From NCBI RefSeq assembly GCF_041260155.1, contig NC_091947.1, positions 31,834,780 through 31,898,779 on the forward strand: a stretch of DNA of 64,000 bases, given 5' to 3'. Position numbers and translations under genes: made by a program. Position 1 is the stretch's first letter. Each line of letters starts with the position of its first letter. Under the pieces are notes generated by a model. The model was not told where the DNA came from. It searched no databases and saw only the letters and a list, made by a program, of their open reading frames with translations. The stretch comes from Ptychodera flava. Its lineage: Eukaryota. Below, in pieces: positions 62,675 to 64,000 of this stretch.

Positions 62675-63572
62675 CTGTTCTTGTAGAGAAGATCAGAATG
62701 CCCTTTGATGAGTTGGTTTATCATCGCGAAATATGCTAGCATATAAAATTTACTTTTATTTTCTTTTTTTCAATAAATCTGTAGTGACATTCTAATTCAC
62801 TTCATATTCACTTTCTAACGATTGACGTCAACCTTACGTCATTCATTTGATCAACACTTGTTTTCTGTCTGTCTGTCTGTCTGTTGTTGTTGTTGTTGTT
62901 GTTGTTGTATGGACGCCTGAAATTTAGAAATAAAATTCAAAACTTTGAAGGAATTTGAAACTTTCAGTGCATTCTCTCAGACATCTCATGCGGAAGTGCA
63001 AGTACTTGTTGTTTATTTTTTAATTTCGGCAATTGTCTACACACGAGCAGCAGTTATAGAATTGATTGCATCACAGAGTAATATCATAGACTGTCTGATA
63101 TTACTCTGTGATTGCATACTTGGCTAAAAATTTGAAAGGTAAATGCGCCTCGGGGACTCGGACAGATATTGGAACTATCAATTGTTTATAATTATTTCCT
63201 GACCTACCTCTTGCGAGGACTCATTGTAAATCTCTTGGGCCAGAAAAATTTTAATCGCCTTAGCTTTGCAATAACCGAATTTTTTCTTTTTCCTCATAGA
63301 GTTAATACAGGGATGGCAGCCATTTTGAATTTCAAATATCGGTAATTGTTAGGCAATTTGTTTCTCTGGTACCAAACTTTGCACGGACACCCCTGATTTT
63401 TATTCTTGAATTGGTTAGAGAATGGTTGAAAGTTTCATCAATGAGGAACGTTTGAGTAAAATACTAACTGTGAAACATGATGGCTTCATCAAAGGACTGG
63501 TGGAAATCGATTCTACAGTACTTCAAATAGGTGAACGACGTTAAAAAGATCAAGAGATTTAAAATGACTCAC

Positions 63573-64000
63573 ATTTCGTCTAGCTTACTTCTCCAATGTA
63601 CGGCAACAATAGGCCGATTCTCACACATATTTCGGAGAACAGTCCTAGCCGCTAGTCTGATTGAGGGCGCTCTGACAAAATGAGCTTCAACAATTTCGTC
63701 CAATTCTTCCCCCTTTTCAATATTCATGTAGTTGAAGTCTAGGGGTTGGTACATTCCAAAACACTCCTGACGCTGGCTCAGCAATATTTTTCTGACTGTA
63801 TCCACTTGGCTTTTTGATACAGATTCTGTACCGGGTGCATTGACACTGAAAATGTCCAATATCTGTTGGCGCTCTTTCGCGTATGACGATTCATGACTGT
63901 TCATGTTTGGGACTGTCGGGCCAAAATGCGGAGCACTAACGACAACTTCTAGGTTGTAGTTGCATCTCAGCTGGAACTCCTCCATAGTGGCGACTGGCAG
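63573..64000 (-). CDS. POFUT-like gene copy II, exon with an open frame ...EEFQLRCNYNLEVVVSAPHFGPTVPNMNSHESSYAKERQQILDIF...NRPIVAVHWRSKLDE, running out of the window
   Basis: The ORF is continuous from 63985 to the donor AAAT|GTGAGT at 63573. PIVAVHWRSKLDE fits the P-x-V-G-x-H-x-R-x-x-x-D core of the GT23/GT65/GT68 fucosyltransferases. Confidence 0.5.

Larger units (their letters stand above)
52203..64000. repeat. Segmental duplication copy II, running out of the window
   Basis: See the copy I entry. It carries two extra MITE insertions (53637-55015 and 58166-59578) and lacks the 20240-20583 insertion. Confidence 0.8.

Overview
This window is eukaryotic, repeat-dense genomic DNA, most likely from an invertebrate metazoan. 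It contains spliced genes with GT-AG introns, many microsatellites ((GA)n, (CTGT)n, (AT)n, (CAT)n) and many DNA-transposon-derived elements. It is not prokaryotic, so no operons or CRISPR arrays are expected. Only two host genes can be supported. The first is a canonical thioredoxin gene on the minus strand at 30432-32392, with four coding exons and clean GT-AG junctions; it has an unusual WCPPC active site and a 5-kb TIR transposon sitting just upstream of its first recognisable exon. The second is a protein O-fucosyltransferase-like (POFUT1-like) gene on the minus strand, present in two paralogous copies because it lies inside a large segmental duplication (about 18880-28260 versus 52203-64000, the latter running out of the window). 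It shows an HxRxxD-type motif, a YVxxxxS block and an NRT...VP(F/W) motif. The rest of the window is mobile and repetitive DNA. There is a Tc1-family transposon whose transposase has DD34E spacing, with paired-like HTH and DDE domains. It occurs in two ~99% identical copies (1-1827, cut by the window start, and 49887-52200 with 50-bp-plus TIRs and a perfect TA target-site duplication), and each copy carries a different frameshift. There is also a family of PIF/Harbinger-like non-autonomous elements with ~43-bp G-run-containing TIRs and 3-bp TTA/TAA duplications at 12764-14197, 32620-37670, 53637-55015 and 58166-59578. Two of these are present in only one of the two segmental-duplication copies, and the paralogous empty sites are visible. 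Other elements include a 1.8-kb MITE (40886-42658) carrying a ~181-bp satellite array, a TTAA-flanked 680-bp foldback element, a frameshifted LINE reverse-transcriptase fragment (9596-10990) with an (ATT)n tail, and several multi-copy dispersed repeat families (B, C, D, E, F below) that tile roughly 17.4-24.3 kb, 42.7-49.9 kb and 52.2-60.7 kb. Several independent long palindromes and hairpins were also seen. All homology statements rest on motif recognition by eye and none was confirmed by database search.
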